DNA of 64,000 bases from Cyanobacteriota bacterium (GTDB lineage Bacteria; Cyanobacteriota; Cyanobacteriia; Cyanobacteriales; Nostocaceae), in the NCBI GenBank assembly GCA_046045965.1, contig JBJOKS010000007.1, forward strand, positions 1-64,000. Direction: 5' to 3'. The position numbers and the translations under genes were made by a program. This document shows positions 48,294-59,970 of the stretch, one piece after another (within the stretch, counting starts at the first letter, position 1; the number at the start of each line of letters is the position of its first letter). The notes beneath the pieces were generated by a model. That model worked only from the letters and a program-made list of their open reading frames with translations, was not told the DNA's origin and made no database searches.

Positions 48294-48716
48294 GTGTCTA
48301 ATTTAGAACTGTACCAATATCTTCCTAAACTTCCTGACGCTGCACTGCAAGAATTTACAGAATGGTGTGTTTTAGAACAAGCAAAAGCCGCAGGATTAGA
48401 ATTTAAACCTGATGCAACTAAGTTGAAAGATTTAGCACCAGGAGATTATTTGAAACAGCTAATTGATCAATTCATGAAAGTGAAACCAGACCCCATTAGA
48501 GCAGGTTTAGTAGCTGTGATTGCGGGAAAACAATCTGATAAACATAATTTGTCTGGTTTAGCAGCTATTGTTGATTTTGTTGCACTTTATGTTAAGTTTT
48601 TAATTCCTAAAGATGGTACTGACCCAGAACAAGCAGAAGCAATATTAGCGAAAGCATCACAACATCAGTATGAGCAACTGACTCAAATTGCTAAAAAACA
48701 TGATGTGGCTTTATAG
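48294..48716 (+). CDS. Conserved hypothetical protein
   Basis: 140-aa ORF (LQEFTEWC, PDPIRAGL). Confidence 0.75.
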   Translation: MSNLELYQYLPKLPDAALQEFTEWCVLEQAKAAGLEFKPDATKLKDLAPGDYLKQLIDQFMKVKPDPIRAGLVAVIAGKQSDKHNLSGLAAIVDFVALYVKFLIPKDGTDPEQAEAILAKASQHQYEQLTQIAKKHDVAL

Positions 48717-48762
48717 TCAGGATACTTGTAAAATCAGGAATCAATAGATATAGCATAAGTTC

Positions 48763-48795
48763 AAATCCCCGACTTTTTAGAGAAGTAGGGGATTT
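48763..48795. terminator. ATCCCCGACTT-type hairpin between convergent genes
   Basis: AAATCCCCGACTT...AAGTAGGGGATTT. Confidence 0.6.
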
Positions 48796-48838
48796 TATAT
48801 TTATCAGTTAGGTTAGTTCTGATTTCTGAAAGGTTACT

Positions 48839-49786
48839 TTAATTAAATGTTTTCTTAAGTATTTTCTCGTTAATGCCGAGATTTCCCTGTAACCCACCTG
48901 TATGTATTAATAGTATTTTCCCTGGTTGAAAAAATCCTTGCTGTAGTAAGTTAATGACTCCATAAAACATTTTTCCCGTATATACGTAATCTACGGGTAT
49001 GTTATGTTCTTGTGTAAATTTTTGGCAAAACATGATTAATTCTTGATTAAATTTTGCATAACCTCCAAAATGGTAATCATATAGTAGTTGCCAAGGTGCA
49101 GGATGAGGAACGGGTGCAGGTAAACCAGATGTGAGATAATTATGTATTAAATTTTCAATTTCCGCTGCTAAAAATTGTCCACCTTTTAATACAGGAAAAC
49201 CAATAATTCTCTGTGGTGAATGTAATGATAAGGCGATACCAGCCAGTGTTGTGGCTGTCCCACAAGCTAGGCAAATAGTATTAAATAATGATTCTGAATT
49301 ATCCATTATTTCTGTACAACCACGTACACCATTTAGGTTACAACCTCCTTCGGGAATGATAAATACTTCACCAAATTGTTGTTTTAAGTCTTCCTGTAGC
49401 TGTTTAGTGTGGCGTTGTCGGTAGGTTGTGCGATCGCAATAAACTATCTGCATACCTTGTTCTAGGGCAAAACTCAATGTAGGATTGAGAGGTAAAGTTT
49501 CTTCTCCACGAATCATCCCAATAGTGCGGAAACCAAAAAGATTACCTGCGGCTGCGGTGGCAAAGATATGATTAGAATAAGCACCACCAAAAGTAAGTAG
49601 GGTTGAACAATTTTTTTCCTTGGCTGACAACAGGTTATATTTCAGCTTGAACCACTTATTACCATTAACCTGTGGGTGCATGAGATCAAGACGTAAAACA
49701 TATAGCTCAACACCAGCATTATCAGCTATTTGATTATTAATTTTTTGTACAGGTGGGGATAAAAACATTGACGACTTTTGCATCAC
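48839..49786 (-). CDS. ACC deaminase / D-cysteine desulfhydrase family PLP enzyme
   Basis: GNKWFKL, GGAYSNH, IPEGG, D.VYTGK, HTGGLQG. Confidence 0.92.
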   Translation of the reverse strand: MMQKSSMFLSPPVQKINNQIADNAGVELYVLRLDLMHPQVNGNKWFKLKYNLLSAKEKNCSTLLTFGGAYSNHIFATAAAGNLFGFRTIGMIRGEETLPLNPTLSFALEQGMQIVYCDRTTYRQRHTKQLQEDLKQQFGEVFIIPEGGCNLNGVRGCTEIMDNSESLFNTICLACGTATTLAGIALSLHSPQRIIGFPVLKGGQFLAAEIENLIHNYLTSGLPAPVPHPAPWQLLYDYHFGGYAKFNQELIMFCQKFTQEHNIPVDYVYTGKMFYGVINLLQQGFFQPGKILLIHTGGLQGNLGINEKILKKTFN

Positions 49787-49848
49787 AAGTTAAGCTTTGT
49801 GGGAATGGTAGAAAATAACAAATCTGCAAAAAAACTATCAGACGGTTT

Positions 49849-50412
49849 ATGGCTAAAGTTTTTGACTCTATCACAGAAGAATTGCAAAAATTTATTGCAA
49901 ATCAGCAGATGTTTTTTGTTGGAACTGCGCCTTTAAGTCCTACAGGCCATGTTAACATTTCTCCTAAAGGCTTAGAAAGCTTTCGTATTCTTTCAGATCA
50001 TCGCGTTGCTTACTTAGATTTAACAGGTAGTGGTAATGAAACTTCTGCCCATCTGTTAGAAAATGGCCGAATTACATTTATGTTTTGCGCTTTTCAAGAA
50101 CCACCTTCTATTCTCCGTCTTTATGGACAGGGAAAAACTATTTTACCTACTGACGCTGAATGGGATTATTTTTACTCTTTCTTTCCTGACATCCCCGGAA
50201 CTCGACAAATAATTGTTGCGGATATTGATCGGGTACAAACTTCCTGTGGTTTTGCTGTGCCACTGTATGATTATCAAGGACAAAGAGAAACTTTAGTTAA
50301 CTGGGCTATTAAGAAAGGTGAACAGGGAATTAAAGAATATCATCAGCAGAAAAATTTTGTTAGTATTGATGGTTTGTTAACACCTTTGTCTCAAGTTCAT
50401 CATCAAAAGTGA
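49849..50412 (+). CDS. Pyridoxamine 5'-phosphate oxidase family protein
   Basis: FFVGTAP, NISPKG, DLTGSGNET.AH, QTSCGFAVP. Confidence 0.9.
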   Translation: MAKVFDSITEELQKFIANQQMFFVGTAPLSPTGHVNISPKGLESFRILSDHRVAYLDLTGSGNETSAHLLENGRITFMFCAFQEPPSILRLYGQGKTILPTDAEWDYFYSFFPDIPGTRQIIVADIDRVQTSCGFAVPLYDYQGQRETLVNWAIKKGEQGIKEYHQQKNFVSIDGLLTPLSQVHHQK

Positions 50413-50520
50413 GTTGATGAATAGATGATTATGGTTCAACATAAAAGATGATTCAAAGTTCCATCATAAAAATTCCCCCCTTTCTCAAGTAGTTAAGGGG
50501 GTCTAAATTCCTGGTGGAAA

Positions 50521-51006
50521 TTAGATATTTAAATCACGCAAAGCTAAACGAATTTGTTCCATACGTCTGCGGTTGACACCAAGATCCGACTCTCCCACGC
50601 GAGATGCTGAACGGATATGAATTACTGACTCATCTGCTGGTAAATAAAATTCTACATCATCCACAAATTTGAAAATGCGGCTTTTAGAAAGAGCATGGAT
50701 ATAATTATCTGTTTGTTCTACAACTTCTGTCCGGGGAACAACAGTGAGAACTTTGAGTAAGGTTTCTTTTGCTTGATCATGATCTACATGATAGGTAATT
50801 GGATCAATAGCGTGTTTAGTATCAGCATTTTGACTAACAACACAGTTGTCTGAAGTTGGACAAGGACTAAGATAACCTGACTCAACCCCTAAACCAGTAG
50901 CCCAACTAAGCCCAGGAAGTATTAAACTAATGGTCAGGGTTAAGAATATTGTCAAAATACTACTCTTGAGTCGTTGTGAGAATGCTGTGCGATGGTACAT
51001 TATCAA
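50521..51006 (-). CDS. DUF1499 family protein
   Basis: CPTSDNCVVSQ, FVDDVEF, RSASRVG.SDLGVNRRR. Confidence 0.9.
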   Translation of the reverse strand: MIMYHRTAFSQRLKSSILTIFLTLTISLILPGLSWATGLGVESGYLSPCPTSDNCVVSQNADTKHAIDPITYHVDHDQAKETLLKVLTVVPRTEVVEQTDNYIHALSKSRIFKFVDDVEFYLPADESVIHIRSASRVGESDLGVNRRRMEQIRLALRDLNI

Positions 51007-51111
51007 TTTACTCCTTGACGATTTAGGTTTTATTGATGTATCTAATAATTATCAACCAATGGGTGCATTTTGAGTACACTAATTTAAATTATCAGGAAAA
51101 TAAAAATTTAA

Positions 51112-52101
51112 ATGTCAAATTTATTCAACTGGCAATCATTGATTTTATTAGGGATTACTACATATCATCAAATTACCAGCTTTCAAGAAAATTCCAAAAT
51201 ACCACCTATAGGAAAATTGATTGATGTCGGTGGACATAAATTACATTTCTATTGTGCTGGTAAAGGAAAGATCACAATAATTGTAGATCATAGTCTGGGG
51301 GGAATTGATGGATATTTCTTGGTAGATGAATTAGCGAAAATTTCACGAGTTTGTATTTATGATCGTGCTGGTTATGGTTGGAGTCAATCAAGTTATAAAC
51401 CTCGTACCAGTGAACAAATAGTTAAAGAATTACGCAGTTTGTTGAAAAATGCAGAAATTGAACCGCCATACATTTTAGTTGGCAATTCTTTTGGTAGTTA
51501 TAATATGCGTCTTTATGCTCATCTGTTCCCGGAAGAAGTTTTAGGTATGGTTTTAACAGATGGTTTGCATGAAAAACAGATGTTATCAATGTCATTGAGT
51601 CTGCAATTATTGAAGTTATTTTTTACAGTTTCTTTTTTAATTGCTGCTCTTGGTGCTGCTTTAGGAATTGTGAGATTTTTAGGGATAATAGGTGTATTTG
51701 AAATTCTCAAAAAAGAATTACGTCCGTTTCCAAGAACTACATTAAAAATCGTGAAAAGCTCTTTTTATTCTGGAAGACATTGGTTAACAATGTTTCGAGA
51801 AATGTGGAGTTTAAATAATAGTGGTCGTCAATTAGAAAAAGCTAATAATTTGGCGAATATGCCCATTATTAATATTAAAGCTGCTACATTTCTTAAACCT
51901 AGTTTGGGAAGGTTTTATTTTTCAATTTCACCAGCAGATAAACTGCGCGATGCTATACAATCTAATTTGCTTTTACTTTCCACTGACTGTGAACAATTAT
52001 TAGCTGAAAAAAGTGGTCATTTTGTTTGGATAGACCAGCAGGAAGTAATTTTAGCAGCAGTGATAAAAATTTTAAATAAAGTAGAAAAAGCTGAATATTA
52101 A
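51112..52101 (+). CDS. Alpha/beta hydrolase
   Basis: YDRAGYGWS, GNSFG nucleophile elbow, SGHFV. Confidence 0.9.
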   Translation: MSNLFNWQSLILLGITTYHQITSFQENSKIPPIGKLIDVGGHKLHFYCAGKGKITIIVDHSLGGIDGYFLVDELAKISRVCIYDRAGYGWSQSSYKPRTSEQIVKELRSLLKNAEIEPPYILVGNSFGSYNMRLYAHLFPEEVLGMVLTDGLHEKQMLSMSLSLQLLKLFFTVSFLIAALGAALGIVRFLGIIGVFEILKKELRPFPRTTLKIVKSSFYSGRHWLTMFREMWSLNNSGRQLEKANNLANMPIINIKAATFLKPSLGRFYFSISPADKLRDAIQSNLLLLSTDCEQLLAEKSGHFVWIDQQEVILAAVIKILNKVEKAEY

Positions 52102-52193
52102 CTATAATAGCCTGGATATTGTTGATAAGTGTTGACAACAATTTCTGACTAATCTTTTGTTGTTATTGTCCTTTGCAGTTTCATACTTCTACT

Positions 52194-53102
52194 ATGTCTA
52201 CTCAACGCATAATTCAAAGCATATATACCGATGGTGCTTGCACCGGCAACCCTGGTCCTGGTGGTTGGGGTGTTGTTGTTTACTTCAATGATGGTTCAAT
52301 TCACGAAATGGGGGACGCATCACAGCACACCACCAATAATAAAATGGAAATGCAAGCGGCGATCGCTGCCCTAGAATTCTTTACCACATCTGGACAAACT
52401 CAACCCATCACCCTTCACACTGATAGCGAATATCTCATTAACAGTGTTACCAAATGGATGCCAGGTTGGAAAAAGAAAGGCTGGAAAAAGTCAGATGGAA
52501 ACCCAGTCCAAAACCAAGACCTGTTAGAAATTCTCGATCAACTTAACAGCAAACTCGTAAAATGGCAGCACGTGCGCGGCCATTCTGGTAACATAGGTAA
52601 CGAAAGGTGTGATGTGATTGCTCGCTCCTTTGCCAGCGGACAAATTCCATCTCTTCAACAATTATCGCCTGTAAATCCTTACCCAACCTTAACTAACACA
52701 AACGAAATCAATGTAATAAAAGTATCTGATTCTCCATTAAACTCTACAAAAATTAACGAAAACATTTCGGAAAGCAGAACTTTTTCATCAGACATAACCA
52801 CTATGGAAACATCTACAGCGTCAGCTGGAACCACAAACGACGGAAAACCTCCTGAGATGAGGATTTTGCAACTCCGCAACTTGGTTGAAACTTTGCGAGT
52901 TGCTGACGAAATTGCCGAAAAAGGCTATTTAATCACTAGTTCCGAACTAGCAGATTTAATGGATGTCCACGCTAGTGCTGTCACCAGTCGGGGAGATCAG
53001 TGGCGTTGGCGAAATTGGATAGTTTCACGGGTACGACGTGAAGGTAATCAAATTCTTTGGGAACTTGAAAGAGGTGATCAAGTGGAAAATGATGCTGACT
53101 AA
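52194..53102 (+). CDS. rnhA: Ribonuclease HI with C-terminal extension
   Basis: YTDGAC.GNPGPGGWG, TTNN.ME, TDS, HVRGHSG..GNERCD. Confidence 0.93.
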   Translation: MSTQRIIQSIYTDGACTGNPGPGGWGVVVYFNDGSIHEMGDASQHTTNNKMEMQAAIAALEFFTTSGQTQPITLHTDSEYLINSVTKWMPGWKKKGWKKSDGNPVQNQDLLEILDQLNSKLVKWQHVRGHSGNIGNERCDVIARSFASGQIPSLQQLSPVNPYPTLTNTNEINVIKVSDSPLNSTKINENISESRTFSSDITTMETSTASAGTTNDGKPPEMRILQLRNLVETLRVADEIAEKGYLITSSELADLMDVHASAVTSRGDQWRWRNWIVSRVRREGNQILWELERGDQVENDAD

Positions 53103-53112
53103 AGATAATTCA

Positions 53113-54951
53113 TTACCACTGAGGTGCAGACGCAAGTAAATCTACAATTGATTTGGCTGCTAAAGGTTTGGAAAATAGATAACCCTGACCAAAATCGCAG
53201 CCTAAATCTCTTAATTGAGCCAATTTTTCCGGTGTTTCTATACCTTCAGCGATCGCTTTCATTTCACTTGTATGTGCAAGGTTAATGATAGTGGCAATTA
53301 AACCTGTAGTTCTGGGATTTGATTCTAAAGTATTGATGAAACATTGATCAATTTTGAGGATATTCACCGGAAATCTATGCAAATAGCTTAAAGAAGAGTA
53401 TCCTGTGCCAAAATCATCAATAGATAATTGAATTTGGCATTTTCTCAGTTGTTGTAAAATTACTGCTGCGGCTTCACTATTTTCCATAATCGCACTTTCA
53501 GTAATTTCTAGTTTTAAGTTTTGTGGATTTAATTGATTTTCTCGCCAAGCTTGATCAATTATTGCTAATAAATTCGGCTGAGAAAATAATCTAACTGAAA
53601 GATTAACGCTCATGGAAATGTCTTCATCAATGACTTTTTGTTCTTGCCAGTTACGCAGTTGACGACAAGCTGTTTGTAATACCCAGGTATCTATAGCTGC
53701 AATTAAACCAGTTTCTTCTGCAATGGGAATAAAGTCCCCAGGAGAAACCATACCTAGCGTTGGATGTTGCCAGCGAACAAGGGCTTCAAATCCACTAATT
53801 CTACCTGTAGATAAACAAACTATTGGCTGATAATAAACGATAAATTCTTGGCGTTTAATTGCTCTTTTTAAATCATTTTCCAATTGTAAAAGTTTAATTG
53901 CTTCTTGATACATATCATGGGTAAAAACACAATATCTAGACTTACCTTGTGATTTAGCCCGATACATTGCCGTATCAGCATCTCGCAGTAATTCTTGAGG
54001 ATTATGATAATTTTTATTACCTAAAACAATGCCGATACTCGCACTAATAAATACCTCAGTTCTAGATAATTTAAAAGGGCTAGAAAGTTCTTTTAAAATC
54101 GTGTCTGCGACTATTTTTGCATAGCTAATATCTGTAACTTTATCTAAGAAAATAGCAAATTCATCACCACCTAATCTAGCGAGAATGTCACTATCTCTCA
54201 TTAAATTTTGCAATCTCTTACCAATAGCAATCAATAATTCATCTCCTACCAAATGTCCCAGAGAATCATTAATAATTTTAAAGCGATCGCAATCTAAAAA
54301 TAAAATAGCAAACTGATAATCCGATTCAACTTGAGCCAGCTTAAGTGCCTTATCTAAACCTTCCATAAATAAAGTACGATTAGATAAATTAGTCAGTGGA
54401 TCATGTAAAGCTCTATGTAATAGTTGACTTTGTAATTGTTGCCGTTCGTATAGTTCTCGCTTCAGTTCTTGATTAGCTAATTCTAGCTGCAAAGTGCGCT
54501 CTTTAACTCTTTCCTCTAATTCTATATTTAGATTTAAAATTTTTTGTTCTGCGTCTCGCAGTGATAGTTGATTTTTGACGCGAATTAAAACTTCTTCCCC
54601 GTGAAATGGTTTGGTAATATAGTCAACACCACCAACTTCAAAAGCTTTAACTTTATCTAAAACATCATCTATAGCACTTAAGAATATGACGGGAATTTTT
54701 TTAGTATGTTCATTAGACTTTAATAACTGACAAACTTCATATCCATTCATTTCTGGCATCAGAATGTCCAATAAAATTAAATCTGGTAAAAGATTTTGAC
54801 AAGCTGTTATAGCCATTTGCCCATCTAAAGCTTTGCGAACAGAATAACCCTGTTCACTTAAAATTGTGGCTAAAAACCGTAAGTTATCTGGTGTATCATC
54901 AACTATGAGAATATCTTTTTTATCAGTGTTAAAATTAGATGTTTTACTCAT
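53113..54951 (-). CDS. REC-GGDEF-EAL response regulator
   Basis: IVDD/LLDILMP receiver; [21 protein letters not shown]. Confidence 0.94.
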   Translation of the reverse strand: MSKTSNFNTDKKDILIVDDTPDNLRFLATILSEQGYSVRKALDGQMAITACQNLLPDLILLDILMPEMNGYEVCQLLKSNEHTKKIPVIFLSAIDDVLDKVKAFEVGGVDYITKPFHGEEVLIRVKNQLSLRDAEQKILNLNIELEERVKERTLQLELANQELKRELYERQQLQSQLLHRALHDPLTNLSNRTLFMEGLDKALKLAQVESDYQFAILFLDCDRFKIINDSLGHLVGDELLIAIGKRLQNLMRDSDILARLGGDEFAIFLDKVTDISYAKIVADTILKELSSPFKLSRTEVFISASIGIVLGNKNYHNPQELLRDADTAMYRAKSQGKSRYCVFTHDMYQEAIKLLQLENDLKRAIKRQEFIVYYQPIVCLSTGRISGFEALVRWQHPTLGMVSPGDFIPIAEETGLIAAIDTWVLQTACRQLRNWQEQKVIDEDISMSVNLSVRLFSQPNLLAIIDQAWRENQLNPQNLKLEITESAIMENSEAAAVILQQLRKCQIQLSIDDFGTGYSSLSYLHRFPVNILKIDQCFINTLESNPRTTGLIATIINLAHTSEMKAIAEGIETPEKLAQLRDLGCDFGQGYLFSKPLAAKSIVDLLASAPQW

Positions 54952-57682
54952 CGTTAGTTTGGGTCAACTGCATAATTTTTTTGAATTGGAAATTTAGTGT
55001 TAATTCCCTAATAGTATTAGCTAAAATTTCATTTTCTGGAGTTACTTGGGCAATTAATTCTAAAATACTTTCATCGCTACATTGAGCAGCAGCAGTATTT
55101 AACTGTCTCCGCCATTCATCGGACATTGTTAATAATAGAGCAACTAATTCTGATTCGGAGATTTTTGGATGATTTTGAGTGGGAGAGTTTAGTTCATTAC
55201 TATGCTCTTCATAGATATATTGTACTTCTAGATGTTGGCTAATTTTCTCTAATAAAATTGCTTCTCGAAAAGGTTTAGAGACAAAATCATCACAACCACA
55301 AGCTAAAATAGCTTGGCGATTTTCATCAAAAGCACTGGCAGTTAAAGCGACAATTTTAGTAGCTTGACCTTGAGGTGTAGCTTTAATCTTTTGTGTAGCT
55401 ACAAAACCATCCATTACAGGCATTCGCATATCCATAAAAATTAAATGTGGCTGCCAAGTTTGCCAACAATTCACTGCTTCTTGTCCATTTGTAGCTTCAC
55501 GGATACTAAAACCAATGGCTGTCAGTAATTTCGTTAATAATAGACGACTATCTTTCACATCATCAACAATTAAAATTCGATATTCGGGTTGATTAGGTGC
55601 TAAAGTAACGGCTGTATAATTTAAATATTTGATGGGAAGTTCGTTAGCATTAGCTTCATGAATTGGAATCTCAAAAGTAAATAAACTACCATTACCTAGA
55701 CGACTGCTAACTTTAATATCTCCTCCCATTAGTTTTACATATTTGCGACTAATAGCTAAACCTAATCCTGTGCCTTGTTTATATTGACTACCTTTAGCTG
55801 TTTGTTTAAAAGGTTCAAATATTAATTTAATTTCTTCAGCATCAATACCACAGCCAGTATCTTCTATTTCAAAAATCATTTGGTAATCCGCAATTGGTAA
55901 TAAAGTTTCTGTGTTTTCTTGTTGCTCAATTTTCACAGCTTTAATTCTCAATTTTACCATACCTTTTTCAGTAAATTTGATGGCATTTCCTAGTAGATTG
56001 AGTAAAATTTGTCGCAATTTACCTTCATCTGTACACACATAGTTAGGTATGTATTTATCATAGTTAAATATAAATTGCAAGCCTTTAGATTCGGCTCTTA
56101 ATTGCAGCATTTTGTATAAACTATCAAGAAAAGCCATTAAATCAAAGCTGTTTTCATGAACTGTAGTTCTGCCAGCCTCAATTTTTGACACTTCTAAAAT
56201 ATCATTAATCAGTGTCAGCAAATGTTCACCAGCACGATTAATAATTCCTATTTCTTCATGATGTTCTGTAGATAAGGAACGATCACGACTCATGATTTGT
56301 GTAAAACCAAGGATAGCATTGAGTGGAGTTCTCAATTCATGACTCATATTCGCCAAAAATTCTGATTTAGCACGGTTGGCTGCATCTGCGGCTAATAATG
56401 CCTGTTGTAGTTCTATTGATTGTTTTTGAGTCCGTTCAAGTAATTCAGCTTGTTGCAAAGCGACTCCCAACTGATTACCAATTTGCACAACTATATTGAT
56501 TTCGGCTTCCTTCCATTGTCGGGGAGTAGAATTTTGATAAATTGCCAATAATCCCCAAAGTTTCTTGTTAGAAAAAATCGGTACGATAATATAGGCTCTC
56601 GCCTGAAATTGCTGCAATAGTTTAACATAACAATCATCAAATCCAGCCTGATAAATATCCTCTACAATTCGGTAACTTGTGCCTTGGCTATAAAGACCAC
56701 CTTGAGTTTTTTGTAGATAAGTATCTTGTACTAATAACGAATTTTGAGTAAAATTATCATCTTCATTTTTGCTATCAAAATATTTAACAGTACATCGCTC
56801 ATTTGAAAGTGCATTTTCTTGTAATTTGGGATTATTATTTTGTTCTTCCCAGAGAGATATCCACCCACTACCTACAGACTCGGCGACAAATTTTCCACTC
56901 CAGTCAGAATTGAAACTATAAACCACGACGCGATCGCAACGGATAACTTGCCTTAATTCTGAGGTTGTAGCAGTAAAGATGGTTTTAATATCTAATGTTT
57001 GCCGCATCCGATGAATTGCTGTAGCTAATGCTTTTTCTCGTTCCGCACTCTCTCGTAATGCGGCTTGTGCTTCTCTGTCTGGAGTGATATTACTAAAAGT
57101 GCAAACTAATCGCTCTAATTTTTGATGTTCAGATAATTGGGGATCAATATTTAATAATAACCACAGTTTATCTGTTGTCGAATTGCGAGATAGACCAATG
57201 ATATAGTTACGTACAGGTTGCCGTTTGATGATCACTTCTCTGATGGGTAAACTTTTGGCAGTTAATGGTTTACCATCTTCATCTAACATCTGCCAATTGA
57301 GTGCAAAAACACTTTTATTTTTTAAATCATCATCTGTCAGTAACAGGAGTTCTCTGGCAACGTGATTACTCAAAATTATTTTGCCATCAGCATCCAAAAG
57401 CAATACACCTACAGGCATTTCCTGAATTAGTAACCGAAACAATTTTTCACTTTCTTGTAATGCTTCTTGTCGGACTAATTGCTCTGCATATTGCCGAGCT
57501 AAAATTGAGGTGACTAAAGTAACAACCAGTATAAATACAATGGTAATACTGTTTTGAATTCCTATCTGGAAATTTGGCGATCGCTCATCTGTGGTCAATA
57601 CAAAAAACTGTATCAACCAAATTCCAGTTATAATTGGTTCATAACTGCCAGAAATTATTTCATACATAGGAAAATCAGGCAC
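54944..57682 (-). CDS. Hybrid histidine kinase with PAS and cyanobacteriochrome GAF
   Basis: [11 protein letters not shown] and DCY in [14 protein letters not shown] boxes; C-terminal receiver. Confidence 0.92.
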   Translation of the reverse strand: MPDFPMYEIISGSYEPIITGIWLIQFFVLTTDERSPNFQIGIQNSITIVFILVVTLVTSILARQYAEQLVRQEALQESEKLFRLLIQEMPVGVLLLDADGKIILSNHVARELLLLTDDDLKNKSVFALNWQMLDEDGKPLTAKSLPIREVIIKRQPVRNYIIGLSRNSTTDKLWLLLNIDPQLSEHQKLERLVCTFSNITPDREAQAALRESAEREKALATAIHRMRQTLDIKTIFTATTSELRQVIRCDRVVVYSFNSDWSGKFVAESVGSGWISLWEEQNNNPKLQENALSNERCTVKYFDSKNEDDNFTQNSLLVQDTYLQKTQGGLYSQGTSYRIVEDIYQAGFDDCYVKLLQQFQARAYIIVPIFSNKKLWGLLAIYQNSTPRQWKEAEINIVVQIGNQLGVALQQAELLERTQKQSIELQQALLAADAANRAKSEFLANMSHELRTPLNAILGFTQIMSRDRSLSTEHHEEIGIINRAGEHLLTLINDILEVSKIEAGRTTVHENSFDLMAFLDSLYKMLQLRAESKGLQFIFNYDKYIPNYVCTDEGKLRQILLNLLGNAIKFTEKGMVKLRIKAVKIEQQENTETLLPIADYQMIFEIEDTGCGIDAEEIKLIFEPFKQTAKGSQYKQGTGLGLAISRKYVKLMGGDIKVSSRLGNGSLFTFEIPIHEANANELPIKYLNYTAVTLAPNQPEYRILIVDDVKDSRLLLTKLLTAIGFSIREATNGQEAVNCWQTWQPHLIFMDMRMPVMDGFVATQKIKATPQGQATKIVALTASAFDENRQAILACGCDDFVSKPFREAILLEKISQHLEVQYIYEEHSNELNSPTQNHPKISESELVALLLTMSDEWRRQLNTAAAQCSDESILELIAQVTPENEILANTIRELTLNFQFKKIMQLTQTNDE

Positions 57683-57733
57683 TAGCTAGAGAAGTGCAAA
57701 TGTTATAAAAATTATTACAGGGATAGCTAATAG

Positions 57734-58933
57734 TTAGGAATCAATATTATACTTCCTTCCTCGCCATTCTCTTGGTGTGCGGAGCGCAGATAAAAATATT
57801 CGCAACACCGCCACAGGATCAGCTAATGGAGAAAGCCAGAACAACCAACTACCCTGGGCATTTTTACGGTCATAGGAAGGCGCGATCGCCAATAATAAAG
57901 CAAAGCGAATGATCAATAAAAATATATTCAGTCCTAATAAAAGGCGCAGGGGGAGCAGGGGAGGCAGAGGGAGTAGGGGGAGAAAAGCAAGTAAGATCAA
58001 TATGGGTAAACCTTGTACTGATGAAAGTAACCATAAATCACCCCAAATTTGAGCGCGGTTAGACGCATCCTTTAAATCAAGACTACGCCCCCATTCTTTC
58101 CAAGTTTCCATTGCTCCTTCATACATCCGCACCTTTAGCACCTTTGCTCCATCCAAAAACCCCACCTTAAAACCAGCAGCAGCAATATTTCGCGCCAAAG
58201 TCACATCATCACAAAAAGAACTTTTAGCACTGCTATAACCATCTACAGCTGCTAAAACCGAGCGCCGACATAAAAAACACTGTCCATTGGCCATCACCCT
58301 TTCCGGCTGTTCCGTATGAATACCCGCAGGATCAAACCTATACAACAACGTCATCAACAAAGCCGGTTGTAACCAACATTCCCCCGGATACTTAAGAATA
58401 AACTGAGGAGAAAGGGAAACTAAATCATAACCTTCTGTTTGGGCTGTTTTCACTAAACTTGCCACCAAACCAGGATGGGGTTGAATATCGGCATCCATCC
58501 CCAAAAACCACTCACTGTCTGGGGAAGTAAACAAAAAGCCATTATGTAGCGCCCAAGGACGACCCACCCAACCAGGAGGTAAAGGATCATCCGTCATCAC
58601 TCTAAACCGGGGGTCCTGTTGCTGTGCAGTCTTTACCAAGTCGGGAGTACCATCTTGGGATCTGCTATCGACAACAATTACTTCTCTGACTTCATAGCTT
58701 TGGCAGCTTAACCCAGCTAACAACGGACTAATACGTAATGCTTCATTCAAAGTGGGAACAACCACACTCACACTACCCAAGATATCAGGGGTTGGTTGTT
58801 GTGGTTTCAGGGGCGGATGTCGTCTGGGTCCTTTGAGCAGCCGTGACAATAAAATTGCTGTTGCAGGTACTTGAATAAGTAGTAAAAGGAGAGAAAGAGA
58901 GCTTTGGATAATCAAGATATTTAGTAGATGCAA
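57734..58933 (-). CDS. cruG: Carotenoid 2'-O-glycosyltransferase CruG
   Basis: GT2 motifs (VPTLNE, GWVGRPWAL, DAD, DDV); adjacent to cruF. Confidence 0.9.
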   Translation of the reverse strand: MHLLNILIIQSSLSLLLLLIQVPATAILLSRLLKGPRRHPPLKPQQPTPDILGSVSVVVPTLNEALRISPLLAGLSCQSYEVREVIVVDSRSQDGTPDLVKTAQQQDPRFRVMTDDPLPPGWVGRPWALHNGFLFTSPDSEWFLGMDADIQPHPGLVASLVKTAQTEGYDLVSLSPQFILKYPGECWLQPALLMTLLYRFDPAGIHTEQPERVMANGQCFLCRRSVLAAVDGYSSAKSSFCDDVTLARNIAAAGFKVGFLDGAKVLKVRMYEGAMETWKEWGRSLDLKDASNRAQIWGDLWLLSSVQGLPILILLAFLPLLPLPPLLPLRLLLGLNIFLLIIRFALLLAIAPSYDRKNAQGSWLFWLSPLADPVAVLRIFLSALRTPREWRGRKYNIDS

Positions 58934-59061
58934 TAGATACTATAGATAGTATAAATTATTTAATTTTCTCACAATTGGGACACGGCTTTCTCATTCTTAA
59001 CCACGAATTATTTAATAGTGCTGAGTATAATATATAATTAGTTGACTCAGCACTACCGGGG

Positions 59062-59970
59062 TTACTTGAAAGCAACTTTAACGCCAGCAACGGAAACTTC
59101 CTTGGTTGCTGCTTCAACAGCTACAGGAGTTGCAGCGATAGGTCCTCTCAACCACAGTGCTACCGCTGGTGCAACGCCAAGTAGCACACCTAGCAATACA
59201 GGGATAGAGAAGCCAGCAGCCAAGCTCATCACTGTCGCAAAACCAAAGTTACCCAAATACACTATCAAAGGGATATTGAGTTGCGATCGCTCTAATTGAA
59301 TGGGGTTATTTCTCCATAACAGCGCCGCCACTGTCATAAATACTGAACCAGTACCCATCCAGCCGGCAAAGTTTTGGTAAGGCATCCCGAAGAAAGCTCC
59401 TGGTTGTTGCCAATACCAGAAGGGAAGAGAAGTTTGGCTCATAGCTGGATCAAGTACAAAGTCCCAAGAAGTGAGCAGTAAAGCACCGAGAGCGATCGCA
59501 CCTAAATGACGTACTAAGCTGGGTTTTTTATCTACCTCTAAACCAACACGCGCCAACAGATAGGAAACAAATCCTACATAAAACCAGGACAAGGGAATTG
59601 TAAACGGTACTAAACCCGCAATTTTATAACCCAAGCCACTCAAATAGCTGTAATGACCAAAAGGAAAACCTGTGCTAGTTCCCAGTAACTCACTTGTTAA
59701 AGAAATGGACACAGAAGGAACAAGAAAACACAAAGCCCGTCCCAAACCCAAAGTGCGGTAAGCATACAGGAACACACCCACTGCACCCAAAATCATATAA
59801 GCCACGCCGCCACCTGCCATGCTCCACTGCATGACAGTCTGACCAACCTCAGATAAGCTCAAAATTACTGCGGCATTAGGAATAACCAATAATATCCCTA
59901 CCAGTCCAAACACCATAGACACGATATGACCAATCAGGCATACGCGCTCAATGATAAAAAGTTGTCTCAT
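59062..59970 (-). CDS. cruF: Gamma-carotene 1'-hydroxylase CruF
   Basis: ELLG.STGFPFG.Y.Y, VP..IP.SW, WD..LDP, GMPYQNF.GW. Confidence 0.92.
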   Translation of the reverse strand: MRQLFIIERVCLIGHIVSMVFGLVGILLVIPNAAVILSLSEVGQTVMQWSMAGGGVAYMILGAVGVFLYAYRTLGLGRALCFLVPSVSISLTSELLGTSTGFPFGHYSYLSGLGYKIAGLVPFTIPLSWFYVGFVSYLLARVGLEVDKKPSLVRHLGAIALGALLLTSWDFVLDPAMSQTSLPFWYWQQPGAFFGMPYQNFAGWMGTGSVFMTVAALLWRNNPIQLERSQLNIPLIVYLGNFGFATVMSLAAGFSIPVLLGVLLGVAPAVALWLRGPIAATPVAVEAATKEVSVAGVKVAFK

